Source of the DNA: a virus
Lineage: Duplodnaviria; Caudoviricetes
IMG/VR virus record: IMGVR_UViG_3300042483_000388
Length of the DNA: 64,000 nt
Strand: one strand, 5' to 3'
Positions 46,135 to 57,011 of the stretch are shown here, one piece after another. Both the position numbers and the translations under genes were made by a program. The notes under the pieces are model-generated. The model made no database searches and was not told where the DNA came from. It saw nothing but the letters and a program-made list of their open reading frames with translations. Every line of letters starts with the position of its first letter. Position 1 is the stretch's first letter.

Positions 46135-48921
46135 ATGATATCACAAGAAGAAATTAAGAGTTTCCTTGAGGGCAATGACCCAGAGGAACATATCGTAGCG
46201 ATAGAATACGATTACCAATCAGACCACATTTTTAAAATAAAAGAAGTTCCCGGTAAAGGAAAATCAATTAACAGAGACACATTTATTGCCTTTGCTTGGG
46301 TTGGTGACCTACACGGACTTAATTTTTATTCTGGGTCCAAAGAACAACAGAAAGAAGCAATGTCCAAATACGGTATCATAATTGATAAATTAAGAACCGA
46401 TGGTAATGAACGATTGGAGAATGGTTTAACATTTCTTGTTAAGTCTCTAAAAGGATATAGAACCCTTATTCAGTTCTTCCGTGATGGAGGAATTGACCCA
46501 TGGGGTGAAAGCGCTAAAGATAGAATAATGTTATTGTCACCTGTAGAACAATACTTGGTCTCAAAGGAAAAACGATTGTTTAAAGGATTTGATGAATATA
46601 ATGACATTACTAGACTTGTATTTGACCTTGAGACTACCGCCTTAGAACCAAAGGACGGTCGTATCTTTATGATTGGGATCAAAACAAACAAGGGGTTTAT
46701 GAAAGTAATTGAATGTAAAGATCCCGATGAAGAAAGAAGAGGTCTTGTTGAGTTCTTTAGAACCATAGATGAGATTAAACCGTCAATTATTTCAGGATAC
46801 AACTCAGCAAACTTTGACTGGTTTTGGATATTTGAGAGATGTAAGGCGCTTAATTTGGATATTAAGAAGATTGCCACACCAATGATACCAAAGAAAACAA
46901 TCTCACAAAGGGAATCTATGTTAAAGTTGGCAAACGAAGTTGAGATGTTTAACCAAGTTAAAATGTGGGGTTACAACGTAATTGATATTATTCACTCCGT
47001 TCGTAGAGCTCAAGCAATTAACTCAAACATTAAAGAGGCAGGTCTAAAGTATATTACAAAATTTATTGAAGCCGAATCTGCCGATCGTATATATATTGAC
47101 CACACTAAAATTGGGTCGATGTATGCCGAAAAAGAGGATTATTGGTTAAATACTCAAAATGGTAACTATAAGAAAGTTGGGTTAGATTCAAAAATTGATG
47201 AGGTATGCGTAAGAAGAGGAGACATTTACATTAAAACAACTGGTGATAATATCGTTGAGCAATATCTTGAGGATGACCTTGACGAAACTCTATTGGTGGA
47301 TGACGAATTCAACCAAGCAACATTCCTATTAGCATCATTAGTTCCAACAACATATGAAAGAGCATCAACAATTGGAACAGCCACTCTTTGGAAAATGGTA
47401 ATGTTGGCTTGGTCATATAAGCATGGGTTAGCGATACCACAGAAAAAAGAAAAAAGAAACTTTGTTGGTGGATTATCTAGATTATTAAAAGTAGGGTATT
47501 CTAAGAACGTATTAAAGCTCGATTACTCCTCACTATACCCTTCTATTCAGTTAGTTCACGACGTGTTCCCTGAGTGTGATATAACGGGGTCAATGAAGGG
47601 GTTTTTAACTTACTTCCGGAATTCTCGTATTATGTATAAGAATTTATCTGCAGAATATAAGACAATTGATAAGAAGAAATCAACATCGTATGATCGTAAA
47701 CAATTGCCAATTAAGATTTTTATTAACGCATTCTTCGGATCATTATCGGCACCACATGTATTTCCTTGGGGTGACATTGATAAGGGAGAACAAATAACCT
47801 GCACGGGTAGACAATACTTAAGACAAATGTTAAAGTTCTTTAGTAAAAAGGGGTATAGTCCTCTAGTATGTGACACGGATGGTATGAACTTCTCATTACC
47901 TGATGGGGGTGTTGATGATAGAACATATGTTGGGAAAGGGTTAAATTGGTTAGTTAAAGAAGGTAAAGAATATAGTGGTTATGATGCCGATGTTGCCGAG
48001 TTTAATGATTTATTTATGAAAGGTGAGATGGGTCTTGATTGTGATGGAACTTGGGATTCTTGTATTAACTTGGCTCGTAAGAACTATGCAACGATGGAAC
48101 ACAATGGTAAAGTTAAATTAACGGGTAATAGTATTAAGTCCAAAAAAATGCCAAAATACATTGAGAAGTTTTTGGATAAGGGAGTTAAACAATTACTTAG
48201 AGGTGAGGGAAAAGAATTTATTGATTGGTATTATGAATACATCCAAAAGATATTTGACCTAAGAGTTCCGTTGGCAGAGATTGCATCAAAAGCAAGAGTT
48301 AAAATAAGTGTTGAGGATTACATTAAACGCAGTAAACAAACAACAAAGTCGGGAAGTTTAATGTCAAGACAGGCTCATATGGAACTTATCATTAGAGATG
48401 GGATACAATCTAATCTTGGTGATGTAATCTTATATGTGAACAATGGAAATAAGGCGTCTCATGGTGATGTTCAGAAAATAAATGAAAAAATGCCAAAAAA
48501 AGAAGTGGATTTATTTTTTGAGGAACATGGTAGTAAACCTATTTTGGGGTCTCACATCCAATTAAATTGTTATCGTATTGAACCTTCTGATTTAGAAAAC
48601 AATCCTGAAATGTTAGGTGAATACAACATCCAACGAGCAATTGCAACATTCAATAAACGAGTGGAACCATTGTTAATCGTATTTGATGATGAGGTTAGAG
48701 ATACATTATTGGTTAAAAATCCAGAGGATAGAAGTTTTTATACTTCAGGTCAATGTAAATTAATTAATGGTAAACCATTCAGTCCTGAAGATCAAGATGA
48801 TATTTATGAAAACTTAATCAAAATGGAACAAGGTGAGATTGATTTTTGGGATTCTGTGGGTGTTGATCCTAATTATATTTATGAATTAGCTGAAACAGGG
48901 TGGGAAGAACATATTAACTGA
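46135..48921 (+). CDS. polB: Family B DNA polymerase
   Basis: FDLETT (ExoI), GYNSANFD (ExoII), LDYSSLYPSI (motif A), KIFINAFFG (motif B) and DTDG (motif C). Confidence 0.95.
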   Translation: MISQEEIKSFLEGNDPEEHIVAIEYDYQSDHIFKIKEVPGKGKSINRDTFIAFAWVGDLHGLNFYSGSKEQQKEAMSKYGIIIDKLRTDGNERLENGLTFLVKSLKGYRTLIQFFRDGGIDPWGESAKDRIMLLSPVEQYLVSKEKRLFKGFDEYNDITRLVFDLETTALEPKDGRIFMIGIKTNKGFMKVIECKDPDEERRGLVEFFRTIDEIKPSIISGYNSANFDWFWIFERCKALNLDIKKIATPMIPKKTISQRESMLKLANEVEMFNQVKMWGYNVIDIIHSVRRAQAINSNIKEAGLKYITKFIEAESADRIYIDHTKIGSMYAEKEDYWLNTQNGNYKKVGLDSKIDEVCVRRGDIYIKTTGDNIVEQYLEDDLDETLLVDDEFNQATFLLASLVPTTYERASTIGTATLWKMVMLAWSYKHGLAIPQKKEKRNFVGGLSRLLKVGYSKNVLKLDYSSLYPSIQLVHDVFPECDITGSMKGFLTYFRNSRIMYKNLSAEYKTIDKKKSTSYDRKQLPIKIFINAFFGSLSAPHVFPWGDIDKGEQITCTGRQYLRQMLKFFSKKGYSPLVCDTDGMNFSLPDGGVDDRTYVGKGLNWLVKEGKEYSGYDADVAEFNDLFMKGEMGLDCDGTWDSCINLARKNYATMEHNGKVKLTGNSIKSKKMPKYIEKFLDKGVKQLLRGEGKEFIDWYYEYIQKIFDLRVPLAEIASKARVKISVEDYIKRSKQTTKSGSLMSRQAHMELIIRDGIQSNLGDVILYVNNGNKASHGDVQKINEKMPKKEVDLFFEEHGSKPILGSHIQLNCYRIEPSDLENNPEMLGEYNIQRAIATFNKRVEPLLIVFDDEVRDTLLVKNPEDRSFYTSGQCKLINGKPFSPEDQDDIYENLIKMEQGEIDFWDSVGVDPNYIYELAETGWEEHIN

Positions 48922-48924
48922 GTT

Positions 48925-49272
48925 TTACCCAACCTTCATACCATCACTTGATAGTATCATCCAAATTCCCTGAACGTGTTGTAATTCAACACAAGCACCC
49001 CTATCTATAGCAATTTCATCCCAATCTTCGTCAATACGATTTAAGTCTGGAATAATAATACAATTTGTTAAAGTTTTAATTTTAATTTTATCTGTTGTTG
49101 TGGAATCTAATTTTATTTTACAAGTATTAACATCTCTAACAATAATTAGAGTTTCTCCACGAGTAGAATAAAAATCATCACTAACAACTATGGTTTCAAA
49201 AGTATCTAACACTAAAGACCTGTCTCCTCTAAATACGGTTTTTCTAATTGGTTTTTCTCTAACTATTGGCAT
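48925..49272 (-). CDS. Hypothetical beta-rich protein (115 aa)
   Basis: ORF directly downstream of the neck gene. Confidence 0.6.
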   Translation of the reverse strand: MPIVREKPIRKTVFRGDRSLVLDTFETIVVSDDFYSTRGETLIIVRDVNTCKIKLDSTTTDKIKIKTLTNCIIIPDLNRIDEDWDEIAIDRGACVELQHVQGIWMILSSDGMKVG

Positions 49273-49276
49273 AAAA

Positions 49277-50407
49277 TTAAATTACATATATCTGTCTTGG
49301 CATTGCCCTAAATTTCAGTTGTTTGTTTAGGTTTTCGGCAAGTAAGGCCTCTCTTTCCATAACCTTTTCTGGTTTAAGTCTTGTTAATCTTCCTTCAGGT
49401 CCAATAAGTTCGTCAATTAATTTTGTCTTTTCGTCTTTAGCTTCAGTTGCAAGTGCCGCATAATCCATAGTTAAATCACCACCATCGGCAGTTTTTAAGT
49501 TTCCACTAAACTTACCACGAACTCTTGATAATGTTTCTTTACAATAGGCAATAAACCACCTTCTTATCCAAACCTGAGCCGGATTATTTAACTTATACCA
49601 ACTTAATTTATCAAATGGAACGTCAGATGGTAATTTAATAATGTCGGGGTTATCAGCCAAACATTTGTCCCTATCTCCCTGACCTAAGTCATAATACCAA
49701 TACCAAACTCTACCTTTCATTAATTCCGCACTACCAAAATCAAATCTACCACCCGGTGTATTTAAAAGATGTAATGCCTTTTTACCTTCAGGTAAAGCGG
49801 TAATGTAATATGTTAAATCGCCTCGTAAAACTCTTTTTTGTATGTTAATCTCTTGCATTCTTAACAACATATCAAACACAGGTGTTAAGAAATAATTTAC
49901 TCCTGAATTACCCATTTGAGCAAGTCCACCACCACCACCAAGACCAGTTCCTTCACCGACACCACCAAAACCACCAACCCCAAAGATTGCATTATCTAAG
50001 GTTGATTGGGTAAACCATAACACTTCGTTAATTTCACGACCTGCGGGTATTTCATATATTTGTTGATTTTTAACCAACTGCACATAATCTTTTTTAATTA
50101 CCCAATCACCACCAGCTTGTAAACCAACAATTTTTGAGTATGCGTAAGTATATCTGTCTTCATAATTTAGACTTTTAGTTAAGAACGCTCTTGAGAGAGA
50201 TTGTGTATCCAAATTAAGGTTATCTAACGCTGTCCATTGAGCTTCAATTAACCAATCCTGAACATATTGTGAGTAGTCGTCTATTGAGAATTCCAATAAT
50301 GTGTCCATCATTTCATCTTCTAATTCAACGGATCTTAAAGGGGCACCCAATAAGTGTCTAATCTTTTGATAAAGTTTACTTCTTTCCGGTTCGTTTATAA
50401 TTGACAT
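49277..50407 (-). CDS. Neck protein / head-tail adaptor (T4 gp13-like)
   Basis: LGAPLRSVELEDEM..SIDDY N-terminus and WIRRWFIAYCKETLSRVRGKFSG C-terminus. Confidence 0.75.
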   Translation of the reverse strand: MSIINEPERSKLYQKIRHLLGAPLRSVELEDEMMDTLLEFSIDDYSQYVQDWLIEAQWTALDNLNLDTQSLSRAFLTKSLNYEDRYTYAYSKIVGLQAGGDWVIKKDYVQLVKNQQIYEIPAGREINEVLWFTQSTLDNAIFGVGGFGGVGEGTGLGGGGGLAQMGNSGVNYFLTPVFDMLLRMQEINIQKRVLRGDLTYYITALPEGKKALHLLNTPGGRFDFGSAELMKGRVWYWYYDLGQGDRDKCLADNPDIIKLPSDVPFDKLSWYKLNNPAQVWIRRWFIAYCKETLSRVRGKFSGNLKTADGGDLTMDYAALATEAKDEKTKLIDELIGPEGRLTRLKPEKVMEREALLAENLNKQLKFRAMPRQIYVI

Positions 50408-50449
50408 AAGACTTTTTTAATATAAATATCTTTATAATTAATTTCTTAA

Positions 50450-52660
50450 CTATTGACAGATAACCTTACCCTTTAAGGTTGGTGGTACTTGTAGTTCAAT
50501 TGGTTCTAAAATGTCTTTATCAACAAATTTATACGCATTTATTTTTGTGTATTTGGGATCTATTCTAAACCTTATGGATAATCTTTTTTCGTCACAACCT
50601 CTTTGACCTTTATTAGACCAATAAAGTTCTATGAATTCTGTAGGTATTAAAATATTGTTTTCATAAAAAATCCCCGACATTTTACTTTTTACCTTTTGTA
50701 AAAAATTTTCAGACAATTGATTTTTTTCTAACCATATAAAGATTCTTTCTATTAACTTATTATATAATTCAATATATGCCGGTTTTTGATTAAGTATTGA
50801 ACTCTCCTTAAAAATTGAAAAGAATTCAGATAAATAACTATCAATAAATGGGTCCATTTTTTTAACCTCAAAAAAAGAACCTTTAGGATAAATAACATTT
50901 CCTTCTTCATCTTTAAAGTCTGACTTACTTTCTAAATCTGCCTTTATGTAATGTGACCCACTTTTAAATGAATTTGATAAACAATTAGTTATCCTAAAAA
51001 AATGGTAGTTTATTGTTTCTTGACCCGATTGAATTTTAACTAATGTATCAAATAATTTTTCTTTTGCGTCATCAGAACAAGCGTAATTTAATTGCAATCT
51101 TGTTGATTTTTTATTGAAGAAATCCCCAACAAATCTATTTTCGTATTTTTGATGTTCCAAGTATCTTGCGTTACGCAAAAGAGAATCTAAATTTTCTGGT
51201 GCTATGGAAGTATTTTTTTGTTTTTTTAAAACTCTAAAAGTTTCTGTTTCATTAAAATTTTTATCTTTTATAAAATCAGAAATTAATTCTAAAAAGTTTA
51301 TAGTTTTTTCTTGGTTTTGTAATGAAAGATTTATAATTTGAGGGAATGTCCCAACAATCTTCTTACTAAAAAAATTATCTAACATTAGTATGGAATGTTC
51401 TAATCTTTGAATAAGATTTTGATCTGTAAGTGTGTCTCTAAAAGCTTTAAGTTTACAAAACGGAGAGTCGTTAATTTTTTTTAATTCGGTATATTCACAC
51501 AAATAGGTTATTTTCGATTGTTGTCTTAATGCAATCTCATTTATCTTAACTATTCTAGATTCTTTTAATGGTTTGTTTTTTGTTCTTAACACATAAAGTT
51601 GGTTAACAAATTCCCAATTAACACTATCCCAAAACTTTTTAATATATTCATCTCTTTTGTTTTGATATTTTAAATAGTAAGCGTGTTCCCAAACATCAAG
51701 ACCAAGAAGTGGATATCCACCACCTTTAACTATATTCATTAATGGATTGTCCTGATTTGGTGTGGACATAATTTTTAACTCATTATTTTTTGATAAATAT
51801 AACCAAGCCCATCCAGAACCAAAACGTTCTTTTGCTGCTTCATTAAACTCATCCTTCATTTTTTTTATGTTTCCAAAATCCAATGTAATTTTTTTTAGAA
51901 TATCCCCTTTAGGAAGTTGTTTCTTTGGTGAGAGCATTTTCCAAAACAATGCGTGATTAAAAGCACCACCCGCATTATTTCTAACTTTGTCATCAAACTT
52001 ACTAATTGTTTTAATTATTTCTTCTAACTCTATATCACCATCTTTGTTTTTCAAAGCGTCATTTAATTTTTTAACATAACCCTTATAGTGTTTGTTATAG
52101 TGAATGTCCATAGTTTTGGAGTCTATGAACTTACTTAATGACGAATAAGAATAAGGTAATTTTTCAATACCGATTTTTTTCATTTCAAGAATTAAGTTTT
52201 CCTTAACCCCACCTTTTTCTATTAATAAAAGTTGTTCATTAATAATTCCCAACCTTTTTTTAATTCCTTTATCCTCAAACATCATATCTCGGATTTCGGG
52301 AAATTTCTTTTCAAACATTTTAATTAATTGACCAGCAAATGCGTTTGCTTCATCTTCATTTTTACCTCCAATATCTGGACCATGTTCTCTGTTTAATATT
52401 GTTAATTGGTATTCGTGAACCCACTCGTGAGCTAAAGTTCTTAATATATCACGATTAAGTCGTCCTTTTGATAGTATTTTTAATGTTGAATCCATTGTCC
52501 TACTTCCTGTGGACATTTCACTATCTCTAACCCCTAAAAAATTAATTTTTAAATCATTCCTTAATGGGTATTTTGTTTGTAAGAATGCGATAAATTTCTT
52601 GGTAAGAACTTTATCTTCCTTGGTCATATCGCATTTTATATGTTTGATCGAAACTTTCAT
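50450..52660 (-). CDS. sod: Fusion of a HExxH zincin-like domain, an Fe/Mn superoxide dismutase and an unknown C-terminal domain
   Basis: LAHEWVHEYQ..EDEANAFAG; then LPYSY..HYNKHYKGY..GGAFNHALFW..FGSGWAWL..PNQDNP..DVWEHAYY; then about 350 aa unrecognised. Confidence 0.85.
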   Translation of the reverse strand: MKVSIKHIKCDMTKEDKVLTKKFIAFLQTKYPLRNDLKINFLGVRDSEMSTGSRTMDSTLKILSKGRLNRDILRTLAHEWVHEYQLTILNREHGPDIGGKNEDEANAFAGQLIKMFEKKFPEIRDMMFEDKGIKKRLGIINEQLLLIEKGGVKENLILEMKKIGIEKLPYSYSSLSKFIDSKTMDIHYNKHYKGYVKKLNDALKNKDGDIELEEIIKTISKFDDKVRNNAGGAFNHALFWKMLSPKKQLPKGDILKKITLDFGNIKKMKDEFNEAAKERFGSGWAWLYLSKNNELKIMSTPNQDNPLMNIVKGGGYPLLGLDVWEHAYYLKYQNKRDEYIKKFWDSVNWEFVNQLYVLRTKNKPLKESRIVKINEIALRQQSKITYLCEYTELKKINDSPFCKLKAFRDTLTDQNLIQRLEHSILMLDNFFSKKIVGTFPQIINLSLQNQEKTINFLELISDFIKDKNFNETETFRVLKKQKNTSIAPENLDSLLRNARYLEHQKYENRFVGDFFNKKSTRLQLNYACSDDAKEKLFDTLVKIQSGQETINYHFFRITNCLSNSFKSGSHYIKADLESKSDFKDEEGNVIYPKGSFFEVKKMDPFIDSYLSEFFSIFKESSILNQKPAYIELYNKLIERIFIWLEKNQLSENFLQKVKSKMSGIFYENNILIPTEFIELYWSNKGQRGCDEKRLSIRFRIDPKYTKINAYKFVDKDILEPIELQVPPTLKGKVICQ

Positions 52661-52680
52661 TATTGATAAATATCAAGAAT

Positions 52681-54444
52681 TTAGTATTTCACCGAATGTA
52701 TCTTATTAAGAATAAGTTCAACAATATCTCCCTTTTCATCTAAGTCATCACCCATAACGGTATTGATGTTTTTTTTCTTATCATTTACCATATCATATAT
52801 GACGCTCTCAATTGAGTTAATAAATAATGGATAATAAATTGATACAGAATTATTTTGACCATATCTGTAAGCCCTATCTTCCCCTTGAGCTAGATCGCCA
52901 GGAACAAACGATAGGTCATTCATAATTACGGCTTCAGCAGCAGTTAAAGTAATTCCTACTCCGGCAGCTTTTAAATTTCCAACAAAAACATTTATTTTAT
53001 CGTTCTCTTGGAATTGGTCAACCGCATGTTGTCGTTGTGGTTTTGAAGTTGATCCGTCTAATCTCACGGCTTGTTTTCCAAAATGGTCGGCAATTTTATT
53101 TAATGTGTCGGTAAAATTGGTAAATATAATAACTTTTTTCCCCTGTTCTATAATATTTTCGGCTAACTCAATAGTGTCGTTTATTTTTTCTTCGGCAATC
53201 ACTTGACGAACTTTCATTAACTTACTAAACTGAACCGTTAATGAACTACTCTCGTTTGGATTTTTATTATACCATTCATAATATTCCCCCATCAATCCTT
53301 CATAAAGTTTTGATTTTAATTTTAGGTAAACTGGTGTTATAATTTTTTCTGGTAAGTCTAAAACTTCTGTCTTTAATCTTCTTAATACTTGTCGAGAAGT
53401 TCTATCTCTTAACTCTTCTAAATTGGTTGCTCCGGCAACATTCCATATTTTTCTTTTTCCGGCAGTAAATTGGTAACCACCACAATATCGTATTGCATAT
53501 GCCATCCAGTTTTGTGATACGGGACTATCAATTATTGATAACAGGTTGAAATAATTCATTGGTCTATTTGTCATCGGCGTTCCTGTTAATAACCATACTC
53601 TTTTACAATTTTTCGTAAACGAATTAACTAATTTGGATCGTATGCTTGTTCCGTTAGAAACATAGTGAGCCTCATCTAAAATTATGAGGTCAAAATTTCC
53701 TTGGCTTATCAATGAGTTATCTTTATCCTTTATATCATAAAAGTTTTTTAGGATATCATAATTTATGATAACAAAATCGTGTTCGGTTGAAAACTTTTTT
53801 CCCTCAGCAATATAAACTGAACGATCCGTATAGTTCTCAATCTCACGTTGCCAGTTAATTTTTAAAGATGCGGGACAAACAATTAAAATCTTTTTTACGT
53901 TACACTCTAAAGCGGCGATAATGGTTGCGGTTGTTTTACCCAATCCCATATCGTCCGCAAGAATAAATCTTTTTGAACCGGCAAGTTTTTCTATTGCCTC
54001 TTTTTGGTGAGATAATGGGGGTCTGTGATCGTATTTGGAATAATCAACCTCAACTCTTTCAACATTATGTGTTTTAATTATGGAAGATTTAGGAACCCAA
54101 AACTCTGTTAATGGATCTTTTTCAAAGAACTTACCCCATATATGATACGACTTTTCCTTTTCTACTAATAATTTTTCAATATAAATTTTTTCAGGAGTTT
54201 CCAATAGGTATCTCTCTTCTGCAAACTTTTTTGCGAAGTATGTGTCTAAGTCAACCCATTTACGAGCAACTTTTGGAGTTGTATTATAATAGTTAACGAT
54301 ATAGTCTGATTGTGACCTTGTTGGGTAAAACTTTTTTGAACTTAGTTTTTTATTTTGCAAATATAGGATGTGGTTATTTGCCCCACTATATGAGTCTAAC
54401 AAATCGAGAGCTCTATTCTCTATGATTGATTGGACATTTTCCAA
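52681..54444 (-). CDS. SNF2-family (HARP/SMARCAL1-like) helicase
   Basis: LADDMGLGKT, IVCPASLKINW, DEAH, LTGTP, RRLK, VIIFTNF and QGEDRAYRYGQ. Confidence 0.93.
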   Translation of the reverse strand: MENVQSIIENRALDLLDSYSGANNHILYLQNKKLSSKKFYPTRSQSDYIVNYYNTTPKVARKWVDLDTYFAKKFAEERYLLETPEKIYIEKLLVEKEKSYHIWGKFFEKDPLTEFWVPKSSIIKTHNVERVEVDYSKYDHRPPLSHQKEAIEKLAGSKRFILADDMGLGKTTATIIAALECNVKKILIVCPASLKINWQREIENYTDRSVYIAEGKKFSTEHDFVIINYDILKNFYDIKDKDNSLISQGNFDLIILDEAHYVSNGTSIRSKLVNSFTKNCKRVWLLTGTPMTNRPMNYFNLLSIIDSPVSQNWMAYAIRYCGGYQFTAGKRKIWNVAGATNLEELRDRTSRQVLRRLKTEVLDLPEKIITPVYLKLKSKLYEGLMGEYYEWYNKNPNESSSLTVQFSKLMKVRQVIAEEKINDTIELAENIIEQGKKVIIFTNFTDTLNKIADHFGKQAVRLDGSTSKPQRQHAVDQFQENDKINVFVGNLKAAGVGITLTAAEAVIMNDLSFVPGDLAQGEDRAYRYGQNNSVSIYYPLFINSIESVIYDMVNDKKKNINTVMGDDLDEKGDIVELILNKIHSVKY

Positions 54445-54489
54445 ATTCTTTTTTTATAATAATAACTAATAAATATATATTTATCAATA

Positions 54490-55452
54490 ATGAATAAGTT
54501 TGAATTATATGGATTATTTTGTCCCGACACAGATCAATTAAAATATATTGGTATAACAAAAAATGGATTACAAAAAAGATTAAAAAACCATTTAAAAAAA
54601 CCAACAAATAAATTTATTTCAAAATGGTTCAGTTCTTTGAGTGATGAGAATAAAATCCCAATAATTAGACAAATAAAAGAATGTAATACCTACGATGATT
54701 TACTACAATCTGAAATATATGAAATTTCAAAATATAGAAAATTAAACTTTGATTTATATAATCTTACCGACGGTGGAGATATCAATCCTATGTTGGGTAA
54801 AACACATAGTGAAGAATCTAAAAAAAAAATATCTCTAATACATAAAGGTAAAAAATTATCAGAAGACGAAAAGTTAAAAAGAAAAGAACGCATCAAAGAA
54901 TTATGGTCAGATACAGAGTGGTCAGAAAAAATTAAGAAAAAAATGAGTGATAACACCAAAGGAGAAAAAAATCCTAACTGGAGAGGTGGTTTTAGAAATT
55001 TAACTTGTTTGTGTGGTAATAAAAAAAACCATTATTCTAAAACTTGTTTGAAATGTAGGGATTGTTATGGTAAAAAAAATAATTTTTTTAATAAAAAACA
55101 TAGTAAAGAAACCTTATCAATTTTAGCGGAAAAAAGTAAAAAGTTTGGTAATGAAAATCCTAATTTTAAATATGATATTAAAAGTGATGAACTATATGAT
55201 TTATATGTTGTAAAAAATAAAACCATAATTGAAATTAGTAATTTATTTAATTGTCATATAAACACAATAAATAAAAAATTGAGACAATATAAAATATATA
55301 AACCAAAATCTAATATTTATAATTTAGTGGTTGATGAGATAAAAAATCATTTAATAAATGAATTAAATTATGTTCAGATTGGTAAAATCTATGGTTGTAG
55401 TAATAAAATCATACATAAATTTGTAAAAAAAAATAACATATATGTCAAATAG
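54490..55452 (+). mobile_element. Free-standing GIY-YIG homing endonuclease with NUMOD3-like repeats
   Basis: LYGLFCP..KYIGIT..RLKNH, YNLTDGG, and MLGKTHSEESKKKIS and FFNKKHSKET repeats; overlaps the start of the next gene. Confidence 0.85.
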
Positions 55453-55957
55453 TAATGTGCCAATAAATAGACTTGGTAAATTTTTTTCTCAAAATGATTT
55501 TTTTTTAGAGGTTAATCTTGGTATGGAATGGATTGTAGGTGATATGAACTTCACTTGTGTCCTTTATCGTGTTGATAGAAACAAAACACCGATAGATGAT
55601 GTTTATGGTGAAGCTCTAACAGACGGGATAAATTTTTTACCTCCAGTTGAGTTTAACGCTTTAGTTGGTATTGCGGTACCTGAAAATAAAATGGTCGGAT
55701 CATCCCGTATAGATCAGTTTGAACCTGGAAACATTACGATTTCAGTTTACTTAAAAACGTTGGAAGACCTCAATATTGATGTTGATTTTGGTGATTATAT
55801 TGGGTATTACGACACTGAAAACTTTGTTAGATATTATAGCGTTGTTAATGATGGTCGTGTGACTTCCGACTTAAAACATACATATAAAGGCTATAAACCA
55901 TTCTATCGCACTATCATTGCGGCACCTGTCGGACCAAATGAATTTAAAGGATTATAA
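55442..55957 (+). CDS. Neck / head-closure protein (T4 gp14-like)
   Basis: VLYRVD..IDDVYGEA..F..PVE motif; positioned before the terminator and sheath genes. Confidence 0.65.
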   Translation: MSNSNVPINRLGKFFSQNDFFLEVNLGMEWIVGDMNFTCVLYRVDRNKTPIDDVYGEALTDGINFLPPVEFNALVGIAVPENKMVGSSRIDQFEPGNITISVYLKTLEDLNIDVDFGDYIGYYDTENFVRYYSVVNDGRVTSDLKHTYKGYKPFYRTIIAAPVGPNEFKGL

Positions 55958-55967
55958 AATATAGAAA

Positions 55968-57011
55968 ATGGCATTACCAAAAAACCATACCGTTAAACCA
56001 TCGATACCATTAACGTATCCAAAAATACTTCACCAAAGAAGAGAAGAATTAGCTGAAATGATTTCTAAGGATGGAACTTACCTTCCTAAATCTTTATTAC
56101 ATGCTGACTTGGATCGTGGGTTTTTAGATTTTGTTCGTGATAAGTTGGGGATTACAACGGAAGGTAAAGTAGTTCCTGTTGTTGACATTTTAATAACAAC
56201 CCAAAATTGGGAACAATTTGTTAAAACTTGGGATTACCAAAATATAGATAAGAATGTTGAACCACCATTTATTACAACAATTAGAGTTCCGGAGGTTAAA
56301 TACGGAAATAATCCAGCCGTAATATATAATATTCCAAATAGAAAAATGTATTATTATATGGAAGTTCCTACTTGGGATGGTAACCGACATGGTGCCGACA
56401 TATATAAAATACCACAACCAATCCCTGTTGATATAAAATATTCTGTTGTAATTGTTTGTAATAGAATGAGAGAAATAAATTCGTTTAATAAAAAAGTTAT
56501 TGAAACATTTGCCTCAAAACAGGCATATCAAAATATTAAAGGACATTATATTCCTATTATTAACGATAGTATGACAGACGAATCGGCTTTAGATTTAGAA
56601 AAAAGAAAATATTATATTCAAAAATACGAATTTACAATGATGGGGTTCTTATTAGATGAGGACGAGTTTGAGGTATATCCAGCATTATCAAGAACCTTTC
56701 AAATGTTTGAGGTGGACCAAACACCGGTTAAAAGACCAACAAAAAAATCTATACCTATTATACCACCAAAACTTACGTTATCTTATAATGTTGGGGTCAC
56801 TTCTGAAGAACATTTTTATGAATATACTTGTAATGTCACTGCGTTTGAAACTAATAATGTTACGTCTTATCAGGTTTATATTAACGACGATTTTTATGGT
56901 AATGATGTGTTCACAATTCAAATAAACACTGGAGATGTTCTCCGTATTGATATTATTCCTATTGATGTCAACGAACCTTCCAGTATTTTGTTTAGTGAAT
57001 CACTAATTTAG
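55968..57011 (+). CDS. Tail terminator / sheath stabiliser (T4 gp15-like)
   Basis: PIPVDIKYSV..REIN and YIQKYEFTMMGFL; located between neck and sheath genes. Confidence 0.6.
   Translation: MALPKNHTVKPSIPLTYPKILHQRREELAEMISKDGTYLPKSLLHADLDRGFLDFVRDKLGITTEGKVVPVVDILITTQNWEQFVKTWDYQNIDKNVEPPFITTIRVPEVKYGNNPAVIYNIPNRKMYYYMEVPTWDGNRHGADIYKIPQPIPVDIKYSVVIVCNRMREINSFNKKVIETFASKQAYQNIKGHYIPIINDSMTDESALDLEKRKYYIQKYEFTMMGFLLDEDEFEVYPALSRTFQMFEVDQTPVKRPTKKSIPIIPPKLTLSYNVGVTSEEHFYEYTCNVTAFETNNVTSYQVYINDDFYGNDVFTIQINTGDVLRIDIIPIDVNEPSSILFSESLI

Noticed and set aside
46135-48921. Intein or intron in PolB (also checked the helicase at 52681-54444)
   Set aside because: The motifs are colinear in one frame, and no Cys-start/His-Asn-end splice junction or LAGLIDADG block was seen.
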